A stretch of DNA of 63,881 bases, counting the filler, from Sphaeroforma arctica JP610 (Eukaryota): NCBI RefSeq assembly GCF_001186125.1. It is 6 parts of 3 records of this genome, joined end to end, with 100 filler letters (N's around TTAATTAATTAA, not from the genome) between each part and the next. Parts side by side here need not be neighbours in the genome. Positions count along the whole stretch, not along the records: positions 49,826 to 58,637 come from NW_014040536.1; positions 58,738 to 62,372 come from NW_014040535.1; positions 62,473 to 63,881 come from NW_014040532.1; 3 more parts are not named here. The stretch is one strand, 5' to 3'. Shown one piece after another: positions 50,546-63,881 of the stretch. A program made the position numbers and the translations under genes. The notes below the pieces were generated by a model, which saw nothing but the letters and a program-made list of their open reading frames with translations, had not been told where the DNA came from and searched no databases. The stretch's first letter is position 1; each line of letters starts with the position of its first letter.

Positions 50546-53500
50546 TTAGACGAATGTAAATGCAACTAAACTAATGGCAATCACGAGCATTCCACAGAAT
50601 GCCGATGGTGATGCAACAGAATTCGCTGGGTCATACTTCAAAGCGGTTGGTAGTAATTCCTGTGTTAACCAACAAAGTGATACGGTAAAAAAAAAGTACA
50701 AGTTAAACAGCAGGCCCTTTGTGGCATGCCAAATCCACTCACGGAAATATGAGCTCCAACGGCAATGACACTTACCTGAAAAGCAATATAGACCATCATT
50801 CCCGCGACCATTCCAAATAGAACTCCAAAAGTCGTAGGACCCATGGTATCCTTAAGTATCAGCCAACCAAAGAAAGCGCCCACTACTTCACTGAAACCGG
50901 ACATCGCCGCCCAGAAGAAACCTTTCCACTTGCTGAATGCAGGAGCACAGTTTGACGGTTTAAAGTTCCCCCCTTAACTTGTTCCAATTGATAACAAATG
51001 CGGTCGGACTGACAGTGTTGACGCTTGCAAGCAAACAGCAGATATACCATACCTTCCCGTAGCATAGTAAATGGGCATTGCAACCACTATACCCTCAGGA
51101 ATGTTGTGCAGAGCTATCGAAATAGCCATCATAGCTCCAAGTTGACCATCAGATAATGCTGCTATGAATGTTGCCAGTCCCTCCGGAAAATTGTGGATAC
51201 TGACGGCGGCCGCTGAATATGAGGAGTATACATAGCGTCGAACTCAGGAGTGACATAGAAACAATGCACAACACAATGGCACGAATTGAATGTACATGCC
51301 GCTAAAATTCATGAGGTCTTGTGAGTGCCCAGCGTGCCAAACGCGATGTGCTACGGTGGAGCGCAGCAAAAAATAACATGTAACTAAGATGACATGTTAA
51401 CGAACATACGAGTGCGAGAGAGGAGAGCAGCAAAAAATAACATGTAACTAAGATGACATGTTAACGAACATACGAGTGCGAGAGAGGAGAGCAAAAGGTG
51501 TTGTTGAGATGACACATGGAACAAAGTCCAATTCAAACTTGTATTATGAAAAAGAAGTGTGGTAAGAGTCGCTTCAATGTCTACATACCAGTGATGATAC
51601 TCATATTAGTGAGCCTTTCCCTGTCGGCTGTTAAATCCAGCAACGAATTATCCACACTTCCATCGACAGTGATAGTGTTGTGCTCCGTAGTAGGACCAGC
51701 GTCGATTTCACTTTTAATTTTCTCAACTTTTGCTCCATTTTCATCATTTGAGCCTTCCGCAACACCCACCTCATTTGGTTGTGAGACTTCAATGGTCTCG
51801 ATACTGCCTCTGGGGTCGGGCACCCTTTCTGATACGTCGGCGGTTTGCGAGACTAAAGTTTCGCTTCTCTGCTTCAAGAATTCAGCATTGCTGTTTTCGT
51901 TAAGTGTCAATGATACGGCGGGTGACATATCCTCTGAGGGATTCAAATACTCATAGATATTTCTAGGCACTGCCACGGCGATTTCCTCAAATTCCCCTTC
52001 CCCCGCCATTTGCTGATTGAAGGATTCCCTCGCATCAACCACCGTGGTCTCAAGCTTACTCCTTTTTTCTTTGATTCGAAATACTCTCAGAAATGACTTC
52101 TTCGTGCTCAGACTATCAAAGCCCTGAAACACAAAAATTATGGAAGCAGGGGCACAGTGCGTCAAATTCAAAAGTCTGAATACATAAACTGCAGCGGGCC
52201 CGGCGTTATTAGTATACATTTTCCTTGACTGAAGTAAGAACTGAAGACGAGATATTTGCCAAAACAATAGTATATGTATCGAATGTGATGTGATTATCAA
52301 AATGATGGTAGACACATACATCAATAGCATTCTTCACCTATAGAGACATGCATTCGTACACCGAATAAAGTAAGAAGCCGTACATACCAAATAGTTCATC
52401 CACAGCTAACAATTTAAAACTTTATCGAAAGCAAACAAATAATGTGTATTCATAAATACGTAAATTTTCACTCTTCCCCGCATACAGACTCCCACAAAAT
52501 ATGAAGACAGCAAGGTGGCTATGCGGTAGCAATAGCTACAGGAAGCTGTAGATTGTCATGCTTCTATTCAATATATCAATACCCGATTACATCTAGATAT
52601 ATATGAAGGCAGGAACACGAAGCCACACTATAATATTTGATAGACCCATATATATATATATTTAAAAACAAAAATAAAAATGCGACCACGCAGATTCAAG
52701 AAGCACACAAACATACACATATCAAATCATATCTACACATACACGCGCAAAAAAGGTATATGAAAATTTATATATGTGTATTATAAACAATGAACACGTA
52801 TATATATATATATACATATACATAATACACACACATATGAAATGTATAAATTTATATAACATATATATATATATACATACACGTACGCACGCACGCACGA
52901 TATATATATATATATATATACATATATAGATATATATACACAATATATATTATATATATATATATATATATACATACATATGTATACATACATATATTAA
53001 TACACAAACATACACAAATATATATGTATACATACATAAACTAGCATACATTTAGTAGATAAACAGTAACATATGTAGCTGAGCAATTTCGCGAGTCAAC
53101 CATAGAGATTTTGCACTGCATCTTAAATAAACTTTACACAATAAGGCGCGTATGGTAAACAACTATAATGAAACTGGTATTAAAATGGAATATGTAGCCG
53201 AGGACAACTCTGCGAGGCAAAAATATAAATATTGAACCCCATCTGAAATTTACTTAACATAAGAGGCCGCGTAATTTATGGACATTCGATAAATTTGGCA
53301 GTGTCCGAGACAAACTAAAACACCATCTCTAAAGGTTACATACTCCAAAACAGACTGCCCCAAATACAAACGCACATTCACAAAAGGCATCCAACTAAAC
53401 ATGAATATAGATATTCTTACACAATTATTTATGAGAATTCACGTACAAATTAGTTTATAAGAAAACAAAATCCAGTGCTACATACATATAAGAGAAGACA

Positions 53501-54317
53501 GACCAATAACTCAAATACATAATTTAAGATAACAAAAAAGCAAAAGCTCGAGCTTACTCCACTAATGGTATACCTGAAACATTTTGTGCACTTGGTTGTT
53601 TTATATATGTACTGAACATCAACAGCCTAGAAGTCTGTAATTGTGTAGTTACAAGTGTACAGTAACATTCACACGTAGAAGACCTAAACTAGCACCTGAA
53701 ACATAGGCACTTATACATGGGCAACGCATACAAGAATTTATCTCGAGCTATGATAAAAAGCCGTTTATGCTTAGATGTCCATGAGTTGAAATGAGATGTA
53801 ACCGTAGTGTTATGCAATGAGCTACGTTAAGTCCCATTCAGCACCGCTGTATGTACAAATTTGTATCATTACACAACTGCGCATGCTTTTATGTACTCGC
53901 AGGTGATATATGAATGTTTTTACAGAACTAAATACGATAAAAATCGTCGATACCCTATGTCACATTTTATACACGGAACTTAAATATATATATATATATA
54001 TGATACACACGCATATATATATACACATATCTATGTCTACAGTAACGAAAATAGCCTCCTAAAAAGAAAAAATTACACAATACAACAAAACAACACAAAC
54101 ACAAACACGAAAATATATGTATGCACATTTCTGTGAATGTATATTGTGTTCTCTTATATATATACATACATACATATATATATATATAGTTATACATACA
54201 TACATACACAAACACACACAAGCTATATAAATATGCTCATATATCGTCACACACACACACACACATACTGAAGCTATATAAATATGCTTATCTATCGTTT
54301 GCACACAAACACACACA

Positions 54318-54350
<33 letters not shown>

Positions 54351-55417
54351 CATGTATTAAAGCTATCGAATTATGCTCTTTAATACATTTGCGCACACAC
54401 ACATACACATGGATACGTAAATACATAGATATATACGTATGTATATCTATATATATATATATTTATGGATATATACATATAAACACACACACGTATACGC
54501 GTACATAAATATAGAAACACATACACGTATACACGTCATACATACATATATAATTATATATATATTATACACATACATACATGGGTACATACTCGGACAG
54601 AGACAGAGTGCGACATACACACACACACACACATATATATATAATTATATTTACACAACATGTCCATAAAAATACACACACAAAAGCATACAAATATACA
54701 CACCAAATTACATATAAAGACATAAATACACACACGAACACAAATACAAAAGAACATAAACCAACATCTGTCGATTCGGTACATTTTTATCGCTAAAGAT
54801 CATCGAATAACTCACCTGGACCCAAGTCACGAGGACGTGTAAGGCTACTGTTAGAATCATACCCCCGAAGAAGGCAGCGGTGCCAGCCGCCACGTAGTAT
54901 TCGGTTACACAGCACAGATATGCAAATGTCTTGTTGGCGAATATCTCAACAAAGGAGACATAAATCATCACACCAGCGGCCAACCCCAAGCCGCCGCTTA
55001 GAAACTTCGGGTTTTGCAATTTGCTGAAAAATGGCACACAAGCACCGACAAGTGTTGCTGCACCGGCCAGAACTACAGAGGAACGAGACAAACAAATGAT
55101 CAGAAAAGTCAACAAAAAACGCGAGTATGAAAAACGTAAATGGTCGGAGCATATACACCGAAACATACTAAAATCGTGCTAACTGAGCGCACCTGCATAG
55201 TGAGTATTTCACAGGAGGTATCATGAGACAACAGCTCCAAAGAATAGGCTACTACTTGTAACTACCGCCAAGAAGAAAACATCAAGACCAGTGAGATAAG
55301 CCAAGATCACAGACAAGTAAATCACTTACATGTTAGTCCAAAAGCCAGCAGTACGTTGTCACCTTCCGCCGGTAGACATAGCCCAGGGTCAGGACAGGCC
55401 GCATACTGATCTGCCAT
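50546..55417 (-). CDS. ZIP-family metal transporter, ZupT/GufA (ZTP29-like) type, 6 exons
   Basis: Exons 55417-55330, 55072-54816, 52123-51589, 51212-51053, 50932-50776, 50659-50546. Motifs [67 protein letters not shown]. Confidence 0.93.
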
Positions 55418-56396
55418 TGCACTCTAATATTTTTTCGCGATTATGTGCCCTATCCTTGCGTTCTCCTTCAAACCAAATTCTGAAAAGTGTGTTTGCACAG
55501 GCCACAGACTATATTTAAAAAAGAATCTCTGCATATAAAGTCTTAAATCGGATCTAAAGTTTTTATCAATATGTAGTTGCACATTTTTAAAATACAGTGA
55601 GATGATACGTACAATGTACAGTTGTACACGCTATTTATTGAACGGCATGTAAATACTTATTAGAGAGACCATTCATATTCCATTGCCTCTTCAGTCTCCA
55701 GTCTTATCCTCTCTATGGAATATACCGTCGTTTATTATTATTATTATTCTTTTTTAATGTTTTTGTTTTGTAAAAAAATAAAAATACAGGAAGTACAGTA
55801 CAGACATATGTACATCAATATGGATTTACAAATTACGTGGCCCCTCTGGGCTTTGGGGCCTGGGGCCGCTCTGGCTCTGTATGATTTTGTGTTGAAAGTG
55901 GATTTTGTCCATTCTGCTGGGGGGAGAATGTCAATCCATTCATAGTCCTTACAAATAAAACACCATTTTTATTTTTTCATCTCCCCTAGTCCCAGAAAAT
56001 CCAATAAATTGAACACCCAGACTCAGAGCCCCGGCCCCCAGGGCCCCAGATACTAAATTCTCTCTGATAAAACATTTATATTCAGGTGTATTTTTGTTAA
56101 AAAAAAAGGGTTTGTAAACAGAAAGTAAAAACCTTTCGTATCTATGGCTCTATGCAAAATATCTATGCCAACTCCATGGAGATGATGGAGCTCGTTCTGA
56201 CTGATCAGATCCAATTTTCACGTGACCTACGTCAACAACGGTAGGTTTGGGAAAGTGAGGGAGCCTTTGAGCGACTCCTAAAGACTGCAGGGTGACCCGG
56301 GCCGTGAGGGCCGTGAGTCCGTGACTGCCTGACTGGTGACACTGGCGCCACACTGACCGGCGCTGACGGCCCGACGGGTACGAATTTAGAATTGGA

Positions 56397-56569
56397 ATAA
56401 ATACAGTATTTAGGACTCTGTTCTCGCACAATCTGTCCACTTTTTATTTTTATAAATACAGTATTTAGGACTCTGTTCTCGCACAATCTGTCCACTTTTT
56501 ATTTTTATAAATACAGTATTTAGGACTCTGTTCTCGCACAATCTGTCCACTTTTTATTTTTATAAATAC
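56397..56569. repeat. 3 x 55-bp identical tandem repeat
   Basis: ATAAATACAGTATTTAGGACTCTGTTCTCGCACAATCTGTCCACTTTTTATTTTT, period 55. Confidence 0.95.
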
Positions 56570-57524
56570 TAAAATTCATAGTGTTCGGATATATGTAACG
56601 AAAAATATTTTATTTTATATAAATAAAAAAATTGTTCGCCGGGGATGTTCTCTTTTTTCTGGTGCGTGGCCGTGGGCGTGATGACGTGAAGTACATACCG
56701 TATGTAACTCTTTTTAAAAAAAAAACACTATAGAGAAATGTTAAAACATCCTGTAAATACATTTGTAATTTTAAGAATAAAAAAAAAATAGCCTTCTGCA
56801 CTATTATGTAGTCAATTTTTGCTGTCTTTGTTTTGCTTGCTTGTGAACATAAATGCTTTCGCTGATTCATACATTGAGTTTTGATGATATTCTGTATCAT
56901 TTAGAACGACGTGTATTTAAATACCACTTAAAATAGGCCAAACATGGGCTGATTTCGCTACGCAAAGCAAGTCCTACGTCGTCTGAAGCAATAGAATGCT
57001 TTATATAAAGAGTTTTTGTTCGTAGATATCATAGTAGTGGTCTGCGAATCGCTAAATTCAAGACGGGCGAAGGAAATACCGATTCTTACACACAGGCTGC
57101 TATTGCTGAAGCTATACATACATGTTACATACACTACATCATGCATACAGTCCTACACGCTCAGCGCTATAGAACATATTTACAAGATATCACACTATTA
57201 TCCATGCCTCGAAAGTGGTACATACAGGCCAGGTGAAAGAAGCCTAAAGCCTTTTGACCAATAATATGGCCGCTAGGTGTGTCCATCCGATAGATGTCCA
57301 CATTTTAAATTTGCTCTTGACATACCTTGGGACTAATTGGGTCCACTCCAGTGGCACCCGCCCCTGAGATCTGAGTCCTTGACAGTTTAGTATTCACTTC
57401 TTGTGACAGTTGACACTTGCTACTAGACCTTTTAGGTACCAAAGTGTGTAGTAAAACAAATAGTCAAATGTATGACAGAACTCTGGACTTTCACGCACAT
57501 ATTTGTACATGAGATTTGATAAGA

Positions 57525-57780
57525 CGGCGACCACAAGTCTGACTTTTGTCTTGCGACCACTATGTCTGACGCATAGGTCTGACGCGTTATACTTGCGACT
57601 TAAAATTGCGACCACTGTCTGACGCTTACGCTTGAGATCATTAAGTCTGACGCATAAGCGTGCAACATGACTAATATATCTGACGCTTAACCCCTTGCGA
57701 TTTTTAAGTCTGACGCTTAACCTCTTGCGATTCTTTAAGACTGAGGCCCAACTGACGCTTGACTTTGCGAATATTGCGTG
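57525..57780. repeat. dense array of TCTGACGC and TTGCGA motifs
   Basis: Six exact TCTGACGC and six TTGCGA plus variants in approx. 250 bp, all in one orientation. Confidence 0.85.
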
Positions 57781-58799
57781 AGCTTTAGAAGTCCCTCCAG
57801 ACTTTATTAAGGACTTTTCTGTCTGTCCGTCACAAATGATTTAAAAAAAAAAAATCACGTTCTGTATTTAGTAGCAACTAGCAATGTCAATGCGCCTACA
57901 AAAAGGCCTATGGAAAAATTTAAACCAACCAATGAAAACTTTCAGTACAAAAGGTATTTTAAACGCGTTGAAAGGAATAACGGGCCGTAAAATGTGATCA
58001 AGTGTAGACTGAAGAGTGAAGACTGGCTACCTTTTCTGTTACTTTCAAGTCATCAAAATTTCAACTATTTTTATATAAGTTTGGGCGTTCCTTCAATAGC
58101 AGTTTCAACGGTTTCAGTCCCCGTGTCGGAGACATGTTTTATGGTACATCAGAGAGAAATTACATTTTCTGATTACGTAGTAAGATAATAAAGTTCAAAT
58201 TGCCTTGAAGCCCCGGAAGACTGTCGAAACCTCAATACGCTTTGTACACTTTTCAATTTTCGGCGTTTTGTCACTAAGAGAAACTCCGGTGTTTTGTACT
58301 GTACTGGTGTGATGTACTTCGCAATACATACAGTGCAACACACTCGCACAGCGGACAATCAGCTCTCTGTCTTCCGCTATAATAAGCCATGTTAATGTCT
58401 GCTGATTGAATCGATCGCCGGGTACATCAACGTCGGATTGATTGAATGATTAGGTGGGTACTTTCCTTTGGTTCATTTGTGCTTCTACGTGTGTCCTATT
58501 TGTGGTCGGCTCTCCTATGTGCTCGCTTTATATTGCATGCGTGCGTGAGTGATAAGACATGTCGAGATGAATTTGTTAATTCTGTCAACATTCGTTTGTG
58601 TACTAAACTGGATGGAATGCCAGATAGGTACTATCTANNNNNNNNNNNNNNNNNNNNNNNNNNNNNNNNNNNNNNNNNNNNTTAATTAATTAANNNNNNN
58701 NNNNNNNNNNNNNNNNNNNNNNNNNNNNNNNNNNNNNTATATATATATGTATGTATATATATATNTGTGTGTGTGTGGTGTGTGTGTGTGTTTATTATG

Positions 58800-58871
<72 letters not shown>

Positions 58872-59166
58872 ATACATATGCACGCGTGCAGTGGGCGGCA
58901 AACTTTCCGTCTCTGTTATTTAGAATTTCTAAGGTGTGCCAACCCTGCAAAACTCCATATCGCATAGCCATATGAAACCTAGTACATATACATATACCAC
59001 ACGTTACCTTATGAAACATAATGCAAATACATATACCACACGTTACCTTAAAAAACATAGTGCATATACATATACCACACGTTACCTTGCGATCTAATAC
59101 GATGTTCAAATAAATCAATACAATTTAGTGTATATATACATTTTCCCCACACATAAAACAACGAAG

Positions 59167-62100
59167 GCGATTGATATTCTGCGAATGTGCGACAACATCG
59201 GCAAATACGAGAAACGGCAGAAGGAACTGCGCCTGGAACTAGGCCGACTATCCAAACTCACAAAGTTCAACACAACAAACGAGATACTTCGCACAGAACA
59301 CCGAGAGAAAGTCAGGTACGGTATGGGCAAGGAGTGGGGAGTGTGTTTCTGTAGGTAGGTGTTTTACAGGGTGATAGGCAACGAGTGCGTAGGTGGGTAT
59401 ATAGAAGCGTATATACTCATGTACACACATACGGTACACACATACGGTATGGGCAGGAAGTGTCCGTCTGTAGGTAGGTGTATGAAAGGATGGTAGGCAA
59501 CGAGTGTGTATGTGGGTATGTAGAAGCGTATATACACACGTACATACATACGGTATGGGCAGGGTGTGTGCGTCTGTATGTAGGTGTAAGCAGGGATGAT
59601 AGGCAACGAGTGTGTATGAGGGTATATAGAAGCGTATATACACGTACATATATACGGTATGGGCAGGGTGTGTGTGTTTGTAGGTAGGTGTAAGAAAGGA
59701 CGATAGGCAACGCGTGTGTAAGAGAGTATGTAGAAGCGTATATACACACGTACATACATACGGTATGGGCAGGGTGTGTGTGTTTGTAGGTAGGTGTAAG
59801 AAAGGACGATAGGCGTCAGATTGGGACCTTTCGCGCACACGGTCACTTATGCTCTGGTCATCCCCAGTTTTCTTGCTGCACTCATTTGGTTTGTGTGTCT
59901 GTGTGTTGCGTGGAGGCAAGTTAGTCTCTCGTGAGATCAGCATCTTGCATCTCCACTGGCCACTGCGGTGAGGTGTACAGCGGTAGCGAGTAGAAACGAA
60001 CAGTGTGTGACTACTCGCTACATTAAATAGGTGCACTAGTACTATCAACAAGTAGCGAGAAGAAACGAACAGTGTGTGACTACTCACTACATTAGATACG
60101 TGCACTAGTATTATCAACAACAACAACGAACAGTTCAGTCCGATCTTATTCACTGCGATGCTAGTCTCATCATACACATGTGATGGACCCCCACAGGTTG
60201 ATCTTCGAGTGCAAACGCGCAGAGATCGCCCGCGAAGAGGCGTACCAAAAGGTGCTAGCAGAGGTATGTAGCATGTATTATGTAAAATATACTATGAGTG
60301 TATATATATACTACATACTGTATACTATGTAGCGTATATCCACTATATACTATGAGGTATGTAGTGTGTGATATGTTGTATGCACTATGTACTATGAATA
60401 TATATGTATACTACATACTTTATACTATAAGTATATGTATATACTACATACTATATACTATATAGCGCATATCCACTATATACTATAAGGTATGTAGTAT
60501 ATAACATGTAGTATGCACTATGTACTATGAATTTTTATACATATACTACATACTATATATTATAAATATATATACATATATACTACATACTACATACTAT
60601 GTAGTGTATTTTCACTATATACTATAGGATATGTAGTATGTAGGGGTGCGTGGCCCTGTTTTGGTCGCCATTGTGATTCTGGAGATTTTTTTTTTGAAGA
60701 CACATATGTGCTTTATACTGTGTATAGTGTAACATAAACTGTGCTTGTCCGTGAAGCTCGGATGTATGTTCCTGTTTATGCGGAGTGTGGTAAGGTATTT
60801 GTAATGATGCATGCTGTTTCGTAAGCGCATACGATCTGTTTATAGCCTACCTGCGTAAACGAAGACAGACAGTTTGAGTTGGACACATCTGAGGATATAT
60901 ATTAACGAGTATACGTGTATAATCTGCCATGTATATCGGTATAGGTATTTGAAGTGCTATGTATATCAGTATACGTATATGTATGCATATGTTCTGCTAT
61001 GTATATCAGTATACGTATTGCACATGCTATGTATGTCAGTATACGTATTTGATCTGCTACGTATAGAGTATACGTATTTGATCATTACGTATTCATCTGC
61101 TATGGATATTAGAAACATTTTTGATCTGCTATGGATATCGATACATATAGCTTGACGCGCATAGATATGACGATGTACATATGTATCACTTTTCACTCAT
61201 AGTAGCGGACGGTGTTCTCGACCTCTACTGTAACATTCACACTGGTCTGGGTGAGACTGACGCAACACACATACAGCATAGGCACATCTGATGATATATA
61301 GAGATGTCAGCATTCACAAATAATTTCATATGTATATCGATCCATACGGTTTGATGTACACATATCCACTAATTTACACATATACACCACTGTATACACG
61401 TATACACTACTGTATACACGTATACACTACTGTATACACATATACTATTACGCACACATATACTAATACACACATATATACCAATACGCACACATATACC
61501 AACACGCACACATATACTAACACGCACACATATACTAACACGCACACATATACTAATGTACACTTATACCAATACACACATGTATCCTCCTACACTGGCG
61601 CACAGGCGGACGACTTCATCCAGCGCTACGGTAACACTCCCATTCGGTTGGGTGAGGCTAATGAGGGTGGAGCGTTGCAGACGCGTACGGTGTTGTCTGG
61701 GGCTCTGTTTGCTGAGGATGGACAGGACATTAAGAACGAAGGCTTCAAAGCCGGCACAGGCGCAATCTTTGGACTGGTGGACGAGTCTCTGTATGCCCCA
61801 AAGGGTATGGTGATGTGCTGGTGGGGTGGCAACGTGTTAGTGTGTTTGTTCGCGAGTGTGTGGGGGTGTACGTATACACTGTAGGACTCCCTAAAATATA
61901 TACACTTCTTTTTACCTACGCTCACATACTCACTGTTTTTGACCTACACTCACATACCCACTGCTTTTTACCTACACACACTGTATCTCAGGCACCGCAG
62001 GTACCCCCCTAACCTCAGGGGCAGCCACCGCCGCAACTGCGCAGAAGGGAATGTCCCTTGCAGATCAGTTGAAAGCCAAACAACTCACTGAGCCTGTGGC

Positions 62101-62195
62101 TGCGGATGGCGTCAAACCACCACCTCCACCACCGCCCATGGGTGGTCCAGGAGGACCCCCTCCCCCACCCCCTCCACCCCCCCCGGGTATGAAAG
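59167..62195 (+). CDS. partial gene with coiled coil and polyproline tract (formin FH1-like / actin regulator)
   Basis: Phase-consistent exons 59167-59315, 60197-60263, 61606-61804, 61992-62195, ending SLADQLKAKQL..KPPPPPPPMGGPGGPPPPPPPPPPGMK. No FH2 domain visible before the scaffold end. Confidence 0.6.
59319..59815. repeat. intronic minisatellite, about 4.5 units of approx. 105-125 bp
   Basis: Units begin CGGTATGGGCA near 59320, 59445, 59551, 59655 and 59761. Confidence 0.9.
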
Positions 62196-62246
62196 GTAAG
62201 TTGTATGTGTCGTGTACACATGTATGTATGTGTACATAGAGCTCTT

Positions 62247-62288
<42 letters not shown>

Positions 62289-62295
62289 TATATAC

Positions 62296-62363
<68 letters not shown>

Positions 62364-63624
62364 NTTACTACTNNNNNNNNNNNNNNNNNNNNNNNNNNNN
62401 NNNNNNNNNNNNNNNNTTAATTAATTAANNNNNNNNNNNNNNNNNNNNNNNNNNNNNNNNNNNNNNNNNNNNCACGATAAAATCTTAGCTTTGAACCTCA
62501 ATACTTTTGCTTCGCTATGAGTGGCATTCAGATCGTATTTCGGATCATATCCTGTTATGTAGATAGCTGAAAATACCATCCAATATCTTACGAAATTCGA
62601 AGTACAATACCATGCCATCACCCCAACATACCTCGGAATCCGTCTCTGAACGCTCTTCCGCGGCACTTTCCTTCGCATCATTCTTAGATTCTAAATACCC
62701 GTCTGCGCCTAAGCTTTTACTTTTCGCCAGTGCAAGGGGTTGCGATGGAGCGGGTTTTGGTCGAGGCTTGTATTGTATTGAGAACGCGTTCATCATCGTG
62801 CCTATTGCTGTTTGTTGTCCTCGTGCAGACACGCCGGGTAATACAAGGGGCCGATTGAGAGACTGGGATGTCACACTGTCAGGTGGTTCAAATATGTTTT
62901 ATGTTCGTGTATTACGTTCACTTTAGAATACTATGATATAGACGGCTCTGTAGAGGGGCGGTCTGTGCGCTTAAAGATGGCCTATGTACCAAGACAGGTC
63001 TAATCTGTATATGCATACATATATACTTATTATAAGGTGAGCAACAATTGTGTAAATATGGACACAGACGAAATAGACGAAAACCCAACCCTGGGGTTTC
63101 CTGACATTATTGCTTTTTTTGGTTACAAGGGTCGGAAACGGCTTTTCCTGAAAGGACCAGGTAAAATATGTAGTTACCGTCGTAAATTATTCAACCGGGC
63201 AGTATTAGATAAACGACATGTGGTTAAAGACTGGCAGACTGTACCAAAGCCCAGCCAAAAAGGGAACAATCCGAATAATATTAGACACCAGTAGTGGAAG
63301 ATTTAATACACATTAAAGTGTCGTTTACCAGATAATTAGTGTTCTGTTTATCTATCCAAGCCTTCTATGAAAATAACTGGACAATGGCGTCCCAAAATGC
63401 AAAGTTATTTTACCACCATCATATTTGGCTCTATTTAAAAGGAATGTCATTGTCTGATTGAAGTATTTACTGGATATTTGCCGACACTCTCAGCGCACAC
63501 TGATAACACTGAAAGGTTCATAATAGGTCAGGCATACCCCCGATACGTTGTGCATAACAGCAGCAACAAGTACATACACACGTACGTATACACATAGACA
63601 CATAGACGCACATAGACAATCAGC

Positions 63625-63793
63625 ATGAATTTCTTTAAATCAAAGTCCAAGTCTCCTGTTGAGACTGTTAAGGCTACCAGGGATGCAATTATCACTTTCG
63701 AGGCCGATCCAGGCAGCAAGAAAACGGTCGACAGAGCCGTTGAGGACATCAGCAAAAATCTGCAGCACATGAAGGTCATCTTGTACGGCGATG
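63625..63793 (+). CDS. CAB39: Mo25/CAB39/Hym1 scaffold protein, exon 1
   Basis: MNFFKSKSKSPVETVKATRDAI..AVEDISKNLQHMKVILYGD followed by a GTATGT donor. Too short to appear in the ORF track. Confidence 0.88.
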
Positions 63794-63806
63794 GTATGTT
63801 TTCTTT

Positions 63807-63859
<53 letters not shown>

Positions 63860-63881
63860 CTATGTGTACTTATATATATAT

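Noticed and set aside
52620..54760. Many Tyr/Ile/Cys/Val/His-rich ORFs (also 10488-11315, 28597-28909, 49778-50142, 58686-59118, 60874-61563)
   Set aside because: Translations of TA/TG/CA microsatellites or N runs, not genes.
19764..62428. Recurrent TTAATTAATTAA motif and gene clustering across it
   Set aside because: Artificial scaffold linkers; synteny across them is meaningless.
62473..62874. Minus-strand coding fragment at a scaffold edge
   Set aside because: Two overlapping frames with no phase-consistent splice and no recognisable domain; may be real but cannot be supported.

Overview
Eukaryotic, intron-rich (GT-AG) draft genome sequence with long TA/TG microsatellites. It is a concatenation of at least six scaffolds joined by artificial N-TTAATTAATTAA-N linkers, so adjacency across those linkers is not biological. 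A Mad/Mnt-type bHLH-ZIP plus SCLY in a non-animal-looking genome suggests a unicellular holozoan such as an ichthyosporean; this is inference only. Host genes reconstructed by hand from splice sites: a VPS9-domain Rab5 GEF, THOC7, a nucleoplasmin-like FKBP, a Mad/Mnt repressor with Sin3-interaction motif, cactin, ANKZF1/Vms1, a selenocysteine-lyase-like enzyme with an unexpected hydrophobic N-terminus, a TVP38/VTT (DedA) membrane protein, a ZupT/GufA-type ZIP transporter, a partial polyproline (formin-like) gene and exon 1 of Mo25/CAB39. Positions 5-19.6 kb are a transposon nest: two copies of an unusual Ty3/gypsy-like element, a LINE inserted in one of them, a decayed hAT and a piggyBac-type MITE. 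A PIF/Harbinger MITE lies at 20.7-21.1 kb, and 43.9-49.7 kb holds fragments of a second gypsy family. Best leads: (i) the first gypsy family has several candidate translational-recoding signals, namely an in-frame UGA between gag and protease, AUGA-coupled upstream ORFs and a structured leader; (ii) a putatively membrane-anchored SCLY lies head-to-head with a DedA-family gene; (iii) a forkhead-motif minisatellite lies beside the Mad/Mnt gene. No CRISPR, rRNA or tRNA was supported. All homology calls are from motif recognition, not database searches.
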